NCBI GenBank assembly: GCA_951406725.2 | Contig: OX597820.1 | Span: 25,048,001 to 25,112,000, forward strand | From: Octopus vulgaris | Taxonomy: Eukaryota | Length of the DNA stretch: 64,000 nt | Reading direction: 5' to 3' | Part shown: one piece after another, positions 26,579 through 39,082 of the stretch | How positions within the stretch are numbered: position 1 is the stretch's first letter | How the letters are laid out: every line of letters starts with the position of its first letter | Position numbers and translations under genes: made by a program | Notes under the pieces: generated by a model | Database searches by the model: none | Told to the model about the DNA's origin: nothing | The model's input: only the letters and a program-made list of their open reading frames with translations

Positions 26579-26964
26579 AGCCCAAGACGGAACAGATATT
26601 TTCACGAGGCATTTCCGACGTTGCCAAGTTTATATCTGACCTAAAATTTTCAAATCGTCGCACTCGCGTCAAATTTATCGGCAGCAAATAAATATAAGCC
26701 GTCGATTCCATTACGGAATTAACCAGAAAATTCATAATTAATCAATATAGGGTGGCAAAAAAATTTTGTAGAATTCTTTTGCCACCAGCGGCCTAGTAGG
26801 AAAAAATTTAAAATAGTCATAGACCATTTTTAAGTTCAACATCAACAATAAAGGAACGGCCATAATAGGCCATTCACCCACTAGAAATAACAGCCAAAGC
26901 TTCAACCGCAAATAAAAGTTAATTCAGTAAACCAGGAGAAAATTTAAAAAACATTTACCCTGTA

Positions 26965-27071
26965 ATTTCTTATACGATATACCGTTTCATCTGCTGATTA
27001 ATGGTAAACTAACCTGATTAAATTAAATCAAGCCAATCTTCCACAGGCCCTCAGATTCTTCAGTAAGAAAT
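26965..27071 (-). ncRNA. hammerhead H3, copy 2
   Basis: Reverse complement of 27452-27558, 493 bp from copy 1. Confidence 0.85.
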
Positions 27072-27451
27072 AGCCCAAGACGGAACAGATATTTTCACGA
27101 GGCATTTCCGACGTTGCCAAGTTTATATCTGACCTAAAATTTTCAAATGTCGCACTCGCGCCAAATTTATCGGCAGCAAATAAATATAAGCCGTCGATTC
27201 CATTACGGAATTAACCAGAAAATTCATAATTAATCAATATATGGTGGCAAAAGAATTCTACAAAATTTTTTTTGCCACCCTATATTGATTAATTATGAAT
27301 TTTCTGGTTAATTCCGTAATGGAATCGGCGGCTTATATTTATTTGCTGCCGATAAATTTGGCGCGAGTGCGACGATTTGAAAATTTTAGGTCAGATATAA
27401 ACTTGGCAACGTCGGAAATGCCTCGTGAAAATATCTGTTCCGTCTTGGGCT

Positions 27452-27558
27452 ATTTCTTACTGAAGAATCTGAGGGCCTGTGGAAGATTGGCTTGATTTAA
27501 TTTAATCAGGTTAGTTTACCATTAATCAGCAGATGAAACGGTATATCGTATAAGAAAT
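27452..27558 (+). ncRNA. type-I hammerhead ribozyme H3 with extended stem II
   Basis: ATTTCTTA-CTGAAGA-ATCTG...(58 nt)...CAGAT-GAAA-CGGTATATC-GTA-TAAGAAAT. Perfect 8-bp stem I, intact core, GUA triplet. Confidence 0.85.
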
Positions 27559-27782
27559 TACAGGGTAAATGTTTTTTAAATTTTCTCCTGGTTTACTGAA
27601 TTAACTTTTATTTGCGGTTGAAGCTTTGGCTGTTATTTCTAGTGGGTGAATGGCCTATTATGGCCGTTCCTTTATTGTTGATGTTGAACTTAAAAATGGT
27701 CTATGACTATTTTAAATTTTTTCCTACTAGGCCGCTGGTGGCAAAAGAATTCTACAAAATTTTTTTTGCCACCCTATATTGA

Positions 27783-27831
<49 letters not shown>

Positions 27832-28544
27832 CAATGGGCATCTTTCAGTTTCCGCCTACCTACCAAATCCACTCACAAGGCTTTGGTCAGCCTGAGACTA
27901 TAGTAGAAGACACTTGCCCAAGGTGCCATGCAGTGAGAATGAACCCGGAACCATGCGGTTGGTAAGCAAGCTACTTACCACAGAGCCACTCCTGTGCCTA
28001 TATATGAGCATCGGTTGTCAAGCGATGTTAGGGAGACAAACACACACATATATGTATATATATATATACGACGGGCTTCTTTCAGTTTCCATCTACCAAG
28101 TCCACTCACAAGACTTTGGTTGGCCCAAAGCTATAGTAGAAGACACTTGCCCAAGGTGCCACACAGTGGGACTGAACCCGGAACCATGTGGTTGGTAAGC
28201 AAGCTACTTACCACACAGCCAACTATGTAAACTTCAAGGTGTCTCAACCTGAAGACTAAGCTATGCTGAGAAGCGTTCATTGTGCAACAACTTACATAAT
28301 TGAACATCATTGAGTTATGAAACAATTATAGTCAGTATTCTACCTGTTCCACTACTTATATTTTTAAAAATTTTATTTGCTCATTTTTAGCATTAGTTGT
28401 TAAACCACAAACTGTGTTGCAAACAATCATCTTATCACTTAATCACTATTAGATTCATCAAACTCTTACCAAATCCTATACACTGTCCTCAGATTAACAC
28501 CCAAACACTCTGAAATGTTTGTATTGGAGCTTCTAGCATGAACA

Positions 28545-28583
<39 letters not shown>

Positions 28584-29289
28584 TCTATATATATAAGTCT
28601 ACATATATAGATATGTGTGTGTGTGTGTGTGTGTGTGTGCCTTTATGTCTATGTTTGTCTCCAGCTCTATTGCTTGACAACCAAATATCTGGCAGAGTGA
28701 ATTGCGTCATGGTGCTGTTTTTCTCACAGATGGTGCCCAACTAACTCTACTATGCTGTGTAGCCAACAAAATCAAAAACAAACAATGCACATGCACAAAA
28801 TTACAAATGTAAAATGGTGACAATTTACTCATCGCACCCTGTATATAAGGATAAAGACTTCTGTGTTATTCTTCATTTTCAAATGCAGAAGTCGATGTGT
28901 GTGTGTGTGTTTGTGAAAATTTTAACTTACTCCACTAGTACGTGTTTCTATGTGTAACCACTCTATAATTGTTTGGGGTCCTTTCTTTACAACATCAGAG
29001 CTGCCTGGGGACACCCACCAATCTACGCAACATGACTCTCATAACTCATGCAACAGCATAGACTTTGTTGAGAAGCCATTAACTATACAGCTGTGACACA
29101 CACATACAAACACACACACACAAGCGCGCGCACACACACACATACAAACACACACACACACACATGCACGCTCACACACAAACACACACGCACACACGTA
29201 CACACACACACAAACGCACACACACAAACGCACACACATGCACACACACACAAACGCACACACGTACACACACAAACACACACACACAA

Positions 29290-29320
<31 letters not shown>

Positions 29321-29421
29321 CACACACACACAGGCTGTAATCTGACCTGAAGTCTGTTGTTTCTTTGTCTATCCTTTTATTCTATCATTCGTTCATTAAT
29401 TAATTCATTCATTCATTCATT

Positions 29422-29489
<68 letters not shown>

Positions 29490-30967
29490 CATACATACAT
29501 ATATACATACATACATGCATAGTTATATGTCTATGAGTGTGCACGAGTATGCCTGTATATATATATATACACATACATACCTGTATGTGTATATGTATGC
29601 ACGTATGTATGTATGTAAAATATTTAAATTTAGGTCTGCTTGATAAGAGTGTATCTAGGTTAAATATGTTTGACTGACCAAAAGTGATATAGAAATGTGT
29701 ATGCATGCATCCATGTGTGTGTGTGTGCATGCATGTGTGTGTGTGTTTGTGTGCATTTGTATGTGTGTGTGAAAATTTTAACTTACTCCACAAGTATGTG
29801 TTTCTATATGTGACATTCCTGTATCGGTTTCCTATTTCTTCATTGCCTTAAGGGGCTAAACATAGAAGGGACAAACAAGGACAGACAAAGGGATTAAGTC
29901 GATTACATCAACCCGAGTGCATAACTGGTACTTAATTTATCAACCCTCGAAAGAATGAAAGGGAAAGTTGACCTCGGCGGTATTTGAACTCAGAACGTAA
30001 CAGCAGCCAAAATACCGCTAAGCATTTTGCCCAGCATGCTAGTTTCTTATTTCTTTATTGCCCACAAGGGGCTAAACATAGAGGGAACAAACAAGGACAG
30101 ACAAAGGGATTAAGTCGATTACATCGACCCCAGTGTGTAAATGGTACTTAATTTATCAACCCCAAACGGCAAAGTCGACCTCGGCAGAATTTGAACTCAG
30201 AACATAATGGCAGACGAAATACTACTAAGCATTTTGCCCAGTGTGCTAACGTTTCTGCCAGCTCGCCGCCTTTACAGGCTTCCATTGATATTTATCACAA
30301 TAATCTGAATACCCAACATGTTTTTTTTTTTTTTTAAATTATATGATAAAAATAGACAAGTTTGACATAGAAGCTAGTAAAGGAGCTGGGCTGAAATAGA
30401 GTATGAAGGGAAAATGGACAGTAAGAGATGATGATGAGGAGGAGGAGGAGGAGGAGGAGGAGGAAGAGGAGGGGCAGGTATGTAATGTGATGTGACTGTA
30501 CTTCCTTTGTATCTGAAGATCACACGGAAAACTGACGCAGCTTCAAGTGATTCTCTAAGCCAATCCTTGATGCTTGTAGGGCTTTCCTTCCTGCCTGCAC
30601 TGAGTAGTTTTAATGTGAGAGTCAGTCCATACAATCCAATCCCAGTCTTTTAGACTTGGAGGTCTGACCACAGCTCGTTGGCCACTGTAGCCATCACTCA
30701 ATGTAATAGACAAAAACACCTTGTTATCATACACAGTATCCTTGTCAACAAGAGGGTATTAGAATACTTGGTTGTGATTTCCAGCAGTTTGAGTGATGAC
30801 ACTGAGATTTCCTTTTGTCCAATATGTACAAGAGGGTGCTGAAAAGTTTCTGACTTTAGGGGTATCAGGAAAAGCCTGGCTGGAGGTCCAACCTTCCAAG
30901 TTCTTTTAAAGGGCTTAGAAAAACTGAAAGACTGCTGCAATAAATGTGTGAATCCAAGAGAGGAATA

Positions 30968-32691
30968 CAGGGCTGGATTTAAACCATGATGGGGCCCAGG
31001 GCACTTCAAGTTCGGTGGGTCCCTTATACACAAAAATTAAAATCTAAGAAAATTAATAAATCTGAATCTCAAAAACACATCTATTTCAAATAAGTGAATT
31101 TGATGAGTTAGCAGAGAAGGTTTAAATAAATGACTGAAAATATTGCTTTATAGATACACTTTTCCAAAATTCAAATTTTGTTTCTCGCATATCCACTTGC
31201 AGTGTTTGACTTTTCCTTCATTGTGGAAAGTACAATGAAGGAGGGAAGAGGACGAGGGGTAAGATTTTTTTTCTTTTAGTGCAAGCTACAAATGTTTCAG
31301 AATGTAGAATAAGAAAATGAGGGAAAATTACAAAAAAGACAAAAAATCATTTTTGTGGTTGTTACTGTTCCAAAGACATGATGTGTGTATATGTGTGTCT
31401 GTCTGTGTGTGCGTGAGAAAGAGAAAGAGAGAGAGAGAGAGAGAAAGAGTGGGTAGGGACACTGACATTTAAAAGACGTGAATTTTAAAAATTCTTCTTT
31501 TAAGATGGTTTCTCTTCATTGTTTTGCAATTTGTAAAAGTTCCGAGGAGGGGAAGGAAAGGGAGGAATTGCTTCCTGGAAAGTTCCTCACCCTCCTTGGA
31601 ACTTTCCAGCAAGTAATTACTTCCCCCAGGAAGTAATTCCTCTGCCTCCTTGGAACTTTCTAGGAAGTAATTTCTCCCCTTCCTCCTCCTCCTCAGAACT
31701 TTCCAGGAAGTCATTCCTCCCCTCCTCGGAACTTTCCAGGAAGTATTTCCTCCCTTTCCTCCCCCTCCTCAGAAGTTTCTAGGAATTAATTCCTCTCCCT
31801 CATTGGAACTTTCAAGGAAGTAATCCCTCCTCTTCCTCCCCCTCCTTGGAACAATGAAACATTTGAATATATATGCAATAACTCTAAATCCAGAGAAGAA
31901 TGCTTTTATCTGTTGAGAGTTGTAATTACCTGAAGGAGGTTATGTTTTCGTAACCATCTCTCCGTCTATGTGCAAAATAACTCAAATAGTTGTGAACGGT
32001 ATTTGATGAAACTTGCCAGAAAAGTTGGTAATGACACAAGGAACAGATGATGAAATTTTGGTAGTGATCTTGGAATTTATGGATTCTTGAAGGATTTTTC
32101 ATTTGTTATATTTACTTTACATGAAGTATTATGTGCCGTTCTTTGATTATCTCCCTTGAAAACACGTTCATCGTTTCCACTTAACCTATGGTGGCGTTGC
32201 TGTTCCCAAAGTTTATTTTCATTTCCCTACTAGTAATTTTACTTGTGTACCTGTCTTAAAATGAGTTGCTTGGCGGAGGTCTGTGGAGGATGACATGACA
32301 AGCCTTGACTATTGGGATCGACTCAAAAATCTTAGGCTTTGCTCCCTCCACCGCCACTATGAAACTAGCTTGCTGTTGTCATTGATGTATTATAACTGCT
32401 TCACATGATTCCTGTTTTTGAAGGTTTTTTTTAAAAAATCATATGGCTGTGCTATTTTTTACCCCCGCCAATGAGGTTATGTTTTTGCTGGCATTGGTTT
32501 AGGAAATTGGGCAATTTTCAGTATGTGTGTATATGGGTGGAAATGAGCTGCTTGGTGGAGGTCTGCGCTCTCCGAGTGCTTTTCTAGTTTCATAATTAAA
32601 ACTAGATTCAAAATTTTTCTTTACTTACTTGCTCCATAAAATAAGACTAGTTTTCCAATGCCTCACTGAAATAAGTTTAGAAATAGAAATT

Positions 32692-32751
<60 letters not shown>

Positions 32752-33272
32752 TGTGTGTGCCTTTAACTGTTATTGGTCAAACCAAGGTCAAGCTCAGTCA
32801 TATGTTGAAAGAAGGAATTTGGCCTAGAGATAATAACATTTTTCTCTCTCATACTTACGCACACACACAAACACATACACTCACAGATACATACATACAT
32901 ATACTTGCATACATACATACATACATACATTTTCAGGAGTGTTCTGTTGTTACCCTTTCCTCTGCTGCTGTCCCAAAAGCAGCTACAATTCCCAAGGGAA
33001 TTTGTGGCTTTTGGACTGGGTTTTTTTTTAATTGAACTAATTGGTGTCTCTAAAGTGGCAACATCTATGTTTATTTATCATAGAAGAGAATCCATTACAT
33101 TTTTTAAAGAGTCAAAATACCTTTGTATATTGAAAGAGAGCCTTTCCGTGGCTGATTGTTGGGAGGTGAGGTCCACCCTGTATTGAGTGCTACACACTCT
33201 TCCTAGCAGGGGTACCCCAATAGCAGATGCCCAGTGCAATCACCCCCTCTTCCTCTGAAAAATCTGGCCCTG
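30968..33272. mobile_element. 2.3-kb non-autonomous hAT element nested in a mariner MITE (about 30828-33360)
   Basis: TIRs CAGGGCTGGATTT / AAATCTGGCCCTG; perfect 8-bp TSD GAGGAATA at 30960-30967 and 33273-33280. Confidence 0.85.
31536..31852. repeat. purine/pyrimidine-biased minisatellite (core GGAACTTTCCAGGAAGTAATTCCTC)
   Basis: About 7 degenerate units of 30-45 bp plus an inverted unit at the left end. Confidence 0.85.
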
Positions 33273-33672
33273 GAGGAATATGTTGAATGAAATCATAATG
33301 AACTGAGCCTCCAATATTTTCTTATACCCAAAGCCTGGAACTTTTTAACATATCCTCATATAACAGAACAGTGATTGGTATGGAGTTCTGTAGTAACAAG
33401 TGTTGGATTCCCACAGTAATGATGTTTGAGAGTAGTAATTGAGTTCAGTAAGCGGAGATCCACAATAAGGTTACTTCAGTTTTGAAGAGAGACCGGAAGG
33501 AACAAACTTAGTCAGCAAATCTGAAATTCTATTTACAGTCTCTATGACTTTGAAATTGCTTTGTACTTTTATATATGCCAAAGAACTATTGATAATTGCA
33601 TCATGTGGACTCTACTTGAGCTTTATAAAAGATTGATAGATCTTTTAATAGAACTAAAATATTTTGTTATGT

Positions 33673-33707
<35 letters not shown>

Positions 33708-34253
33708 GGGTAAAGACCCCCTTCGGTCATGAATGACCATGGGATTGCACCTAGAAAGTTACCCTCCTAGACACAAGTCCGGGCAAGGTTGTTTATGGAA
33801 GACCAGCAGTCGCCCATGCATACCAGCCTCCCCTCTCCACGCCACCAGTGTTATCCAGGGGAAAGACAGAGGTCGATACAGCTTGGCACCTATGACGTCG
33901 CAACTCATTTCTACAGCTGAGTGAACTGGAGCAACGTGAAAAAAAAAATAATAATAATAATAGGCGCAGGAGTGGCTGTGTGGTAAGTAGCTTGCTAACC
34001 AACCACATGGTTCCAGGTTCAGTTCCACTGCGTGGCATCTTGGGCAAGTGTCTTCTGCTATAGCCCCAGGCCGATCAATGCCTTGTGAGTGGATTTGGTA
34101 GACGGAAACTGAAAGAAGCCTGTCATATATATGTATATATATATATATATATATATAGAATGCCTTTTGCAATACCCTAAAGCAAGGAACTTTACAGCCC
34201 CACCTCATATATGTAAAAATGTGTCTTAGATGAAGCTGTTTCAGTTCATCCAC

Positions 34254-34321
<68 letters not shown>

Positions 34322-35150
34322 ATATATATCCTCATACATACATATACCTAAATACGTATGTACATTCATACATAAATTCATAGACACATGCACATTAATC
34401 AAAGTGTACAGTATTATATATCCATTGTAGCCTATCTTACCAATCAGTTTTGGAACTGCCAGATCACACAATTTCAATATACCTGCTCTCCTCAGTGGTA
34501 GACATTCAGTAGCACAGCAGTTGAATTTCACTGCTAATGATATATAGGATTTCAGTGATTTTTAAAGCTTGATGCCTCAAAAAGTCAGTAGGTTTTTTAA
34601 GATATAATTATCAACAACAGAAGCAGTTCTGGAATGATTCTCATCTGTTAAAGTTACAAATATGTGTACTTTTACACACCATGCATCTATATGAGAAGTC
34701 CTCTCTAGCTAAGTAACACAGATCATACATTCCAACAAAACATCTGTGTTAAGTTTGATATAATGATTGTCTTTTGGTATTTATACAGCTTCTGTCATTA
34801 ATAATTATGTTTTAATAAGTCTGCTGGTTTTTTGTAATATCAGTACTCGATAAGTTATTGAAATTTTATATATCATTGATAGTTAAATTTGGCTGGTATG
34901 CAGTTAGAGGATGTCTGCCACTGAGGAGATGGGGTACATCGAAATCATGTGATCTTGCAATTCCAGTGGCTGTAGAGAACAATTCTCATTTGCCAACAAT
35001 ATAAATGTGTGCTTTTACACACCATACATCCACATGAGAGAGCAACTCAAAGTAAATAATGCAATATTCTCATTCTAATAAATAGCTCATGGTATACCTT
35101 TTGGTCTTAATACTGCTTCTGTTGCAAATAATAATAATAATAATAATAAT

Positions 35151-37426
35151 CATCATCATCATCATCATCATCATTTAGCGTCCGTTTTCCATGCTAGCAT
35201 GGGTTGGACGGTTCTACTGGGGTCTGTGAAGCCAGAAGGCTTCATCAGGCCCAGTCAAATCTGGCAGTGTTTCTACGGCTGGATGCCCTTCCTAACGCCA
35301 ACCACTCCGTGAGTGTAGTGGGTGCTTTTTACGTGCCACCCGCACTGGTGCCAGACAGAGCTGGCAAACGGCCACGAACGGATGGTGCTTTTTATGTGCC
35401 ACCGGCACGAGGGCCAGGCGAGGCTGGCAATGGACACGAAACGGGGCGGTGCTGGCAACGGTCGCGAAACGGAAAGTTCTCTTACATGCCACCGGCACTG
35501 GTAACACATCTGCAATTTCCATTGATCGATTTCCATTGATCGATTTCGATTCTGATCCTCACTTGCCTCAATGGGTCTTCACAAGCAGAGTTTCGACATG
35601 CCACCGGCACTGGTAGCACATCCGCAATTTCCATTGATCGATTTCGATTCTGATCCTCACTTGCCTCAACACGTCTTCACAAGTAGAGTTTTGTGTCCCA
35701 AGAAGGGAAGGTATGCATACGTAGGCTGGCTCCATCCTATGTAGAAGGCCACGGGTTGTGGACTCACTTGTCCTGCCGGGTCTTCTCGCGCACAGCACAC
35801 TTCCAAAGGTCTCGGTCTCCAGTCATTTCCTCAGTGAGACCTAAAGTTCGAAGGTCGTGCTTCACCACCTCGTCCCAGGTTTTCCTGGGTCTGCCTCTTC
35901 CACAGGTTCCCTCAACCGCTAGGGTGTGGCACTTTTTCACACAACTATCTTCATCCATTCTCGCCACATGACCATACCAGCGCAAACGTCTCTCTTGCAC
36001 ACCACAACTGATGCTTCTTAGGTCCAGCTTTTCTCTCAAGGTACTTACACTCTGCCGAGTGTGAGTACCGGCATTACACATCCATCGGAGCATACTGGCT
36101 TCATTTCTAGCAAGCTTACGCATATCCTCAGCAGTCACGGCCCATGTTTCACTGCCATGTAGCATGGCTGTTCGTACACACGCATCATACAGTCTGTCTT
36201 TCACTCTGTGCGAGAGGCCTTTTGTCACCAGCAGAGGTAAGAGCTCTCTGAACTTTGCCCAAGCTATTCTTACTCTAGCAGTTACACTTTCAGCACACCC
36301 GCCCCCGCTGCTGACTTGGTCACCTAGGTAACGGAAACTATCAACTATTTCTAGTTTTTCTCCCTGGAAAGTGACGGAAGTTGGTCTCAGAGCATTTTCA
36401 GTGTTTATTGTTCCTGAGCATCTGCCACATACAAAAACCATCTTCCTAGTTAGCCTTCCTTTGACATTGCTGCATCTCTTATGTGTCCATAGCTTACACT
36501 TGGTGCATCTTATAGAGTTTCTACCTACACCTTTTCTACAGATCGAGCAGGGCCATCTACCTGAAGGTGTTTGTGATTTGTCTACCTTCCTACTGATTAC
36601 GACTTTGGTTTTAGTTAGATTGACTCTGAGGCCCTTCGATTCTAATCCTTGTTTCCACACCTGAAACTTCTCCTCCAGTTCTGATAGCGACTCAGCAATT
36701 AGAGCAAGGTCATCAGCATAGAGGAGCTCCCAAGGGCATCCTGTCTTGAATTCCTCCGTTATTGCCTGGAGGACTATGATAAATAGGAGGGGGCTGAGTA
36801 CTGAGCCTTGGTGGACCCCTACCTCTACCCGGAATTCTTCACTGTACTCATTTCCAACCCTCACCCTACTAGCGGCATCCCTATACATGGCCCGCACAGC
36901 TCTCACTAACCATTCATCTATCCCTAGTTTCCTCATTGACCACCAGATAAGGGATCGGGGACCCTGTCGAAGGCTTTCTCCATGTCAACAAAAGCCAGGT
37001 ACAGGGGCTTATCTTTGGCTAGGTATTTCTCCTGCAGCTGCCTTACCAGGAATATAGCATCAGTAGTACTTTTCCCTGGCACAAACCCAAACTGCATCTC
37101 ATCTAAACTAACTCTCTCTCTAATTAGTTGGGCTATGACCCTCTCCGTAACCTTCATCACCTGGTCCAACAGCTTGATACCTCTGTAGTTATTTGTATCT
37201 AGGGCATCACCTTTACCTTTGTAGCAGTTGACTATTATACTGCTACACCAGTCATTGGGTATGACCCCTTTGTGTATCACCTGATTAACTATACGGGTGA
37301 CTAGGCTATAGCCGACACTACCAGACATTTTGAGCATCTCTGCAGTGATTCCTGATGGGCCTGGGGCTTTCCCTGTCTTCATGTTTCTAATTGCCTTAGC
37401 TACCACGGAACTATCAACTCGGATAG

Positions 37427-37428
<2 letters not shown>
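35151..37428 (-). mobile_element. 5'-truncated RTE-clade LINE
   Basis: KAPGPSGI, NYRGIKLL, QFGF, FVDMEKAFD, GVHQGSVLSP, YADD and RWYGHV motifs; 3' UTR ends in (ATG)n. Confidence 0.92.
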
Positions 37429-37477
<49 letters not shown>

Positions 37478-38375
37478 CAATGCCCTGATGCAGTACCGAT
37501 GCCCTGATACAGTACCAATGCCCTGATGCAGTACCAGTGCCCTGATGCAGTACCAAGCAGTGGCTCTCGTGGCTTCTGATCTTAACTGATTGGAAGTGTT
37601 ATCATGTACATTGTTTTGTCTTGGTATAAAGGATGTGCTACAGCAAATATTCTGCTCAATACCACAGATTTGCTTGTCAGTTGTTTGACCTTAAGCAGTT
37701 GGGCATGTCCCTTAGTGGCTGACAATATGTGCATCTCTGATCACAAGCAGAAGTAGTGGGGGAGTATCATAGCCGTGTGATGAGAGGAATTCTTTGGGGT
37801 TTGAATAATTCACCTCTGGAAACATGGGTGTTTTGTTCAACATCCTTAAACAACCCTTATTCAGGGACCTTTTGAGTGGGATGGGTTACTCGACCAGAAG
37901 AAAATTCTAACTGGGCCCCACCTGCAAGGTCATGTGCTGTTTATCTTTATATGACATCACCATGTTGTGCAGATATGGTTGTGATGCATGTGCCTGGTGT
38001 ACCATTATCAGATGGCTAGTCATGATGGATATACTGGTCTTTGTATTTTTTACCCCAGTGTCACTTTGATGGCATGCACTGCTCTCTCACTCAATAATAA
38101 TAATCATTATATATATATATAAGAATAAAAGAATATATGTAACTATATATATATATATATATATATTCTTTTATTCATTTACATGTTTCAGTCATTTGGC
38201 TGTTGCCATGCTTGAGTACCACATTAAATGGTTTTAGTCAAAGAAATCTACCCCCAGAACTTATTCGTTGTAAGTCTAGTACTTACTCTATCAGTCTCTT
38301 TTCCTGAACCACTAAGTTATGGAGATGTAAACACACCAACATCGATTGCCAAGCGATGGTGGGGTGACAAACACA

Positions 38376-38431
<56 letters not shown>

Positions 38432-38612
38432 CAATGGGCTTCTTTCAATTTCCATCAACTAAATCCATTCACAAGGCTTTGGTTCGGTTGAGACTATAGT
38501 AGAAGACTCTTGCCCAAGTTGCCATGCAGTGGCACTGAACATGGAACCATGTGATTATGAAGCTAGTTTTTTACCACACAGCTCATGCCTGCACCTATAT
38601 GTGTGTGCAAGC

Positions 38613-38661
<49 letters not shown>

Positions 38662-38817
38662 TCCACGCACATATAGGTCTAAGGTTATGTTTGTATGTGG
38701 AGAAAAGTGTGTTTTTTTAGTGTTATACTTTGTAAATAAGAACAAATCATCATAAGGGAGAGGTATCAACCCTCCTAAAAAACATTAGTAATTCAAACTA
38801 TAAATAACAAACACTGT

Positions 38818-38823
38818 TTTATT
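38818..38823 (-). promoter_or_regulatory. candidate polyadenylation signal of the FAAH-like gene
   Basis: AATAAA on the minus strand about 140 nt after the stop codon. Confidence 0.4.
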
Positions 38824-38959
38824 CTTTATCAAAATACTGTGGTCCTACAATAGTGAAAAATATTTCCTAACACCAGTTCACTTTTCCTCTGAAGTGGAGC
38901 CCATGTGATTATCAGTCATCATGTATATCTAAGGTCTGATGGACTATCATGGCTATATG

Positions 38960-39082
38960 CTAGTTGCTTTTCTTCTTCAGTTCACTATCCAGTTCTTTTG
39001 TGATGCGTAAGGCAAGCTCATCCTTATATGTTGGAGCAACAACCTGGATATTGACTGGAAGTCCAACACTGCCTGGAATTGA
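38960..39082 (-). CDS. FAAH: FAAH-like terminal coding exon (equivalent to exon 15)
   Basis: ttgcag| SIPGSVGLPVNIQVVAPTYKDELALRITKELDSELKKKSN-TAG; GLPVxxQ amidase C-terminal motif. Confidence 0.93.
   Translation of the reverse strand, partial: SIPGSVGLPVNIQVVAPTYKDELALRITKELDSELKKKSN

Larger units (their letters stand above)
26349..27790. mobile_element. tandem-plus-inverted array of a ~492-bp hammerhead-containing unit (family H3, retrozyme-like)
   Basis: Unit 26349-26840, near-identical partial direct copy 26841-27252, then an inverted copy about 27243-27790. (TA)n on both flanks; the array splits a SINE. Confidence 0.8.

Noticed and set aside
26535-27495. Duplicated 66-aa ORFs (MNFLVNSVMES...)
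   Set aside because: They overlap the hammerhead in the repeated unit, have no recognisable domain, and recur only because the unit is repeated.
28245-28290. CTGAAGA followed by a small hairpin as another hammerhead
   Set aside because: No GAAA in the correct position and no stem I.
37480-37555. CRISPR-like short direct repeats (TGCCCTGATGCAGTACC x4)
   Set aside because: No spacers, eukaryotic context; a simple tandem repeat inside a retroelement.
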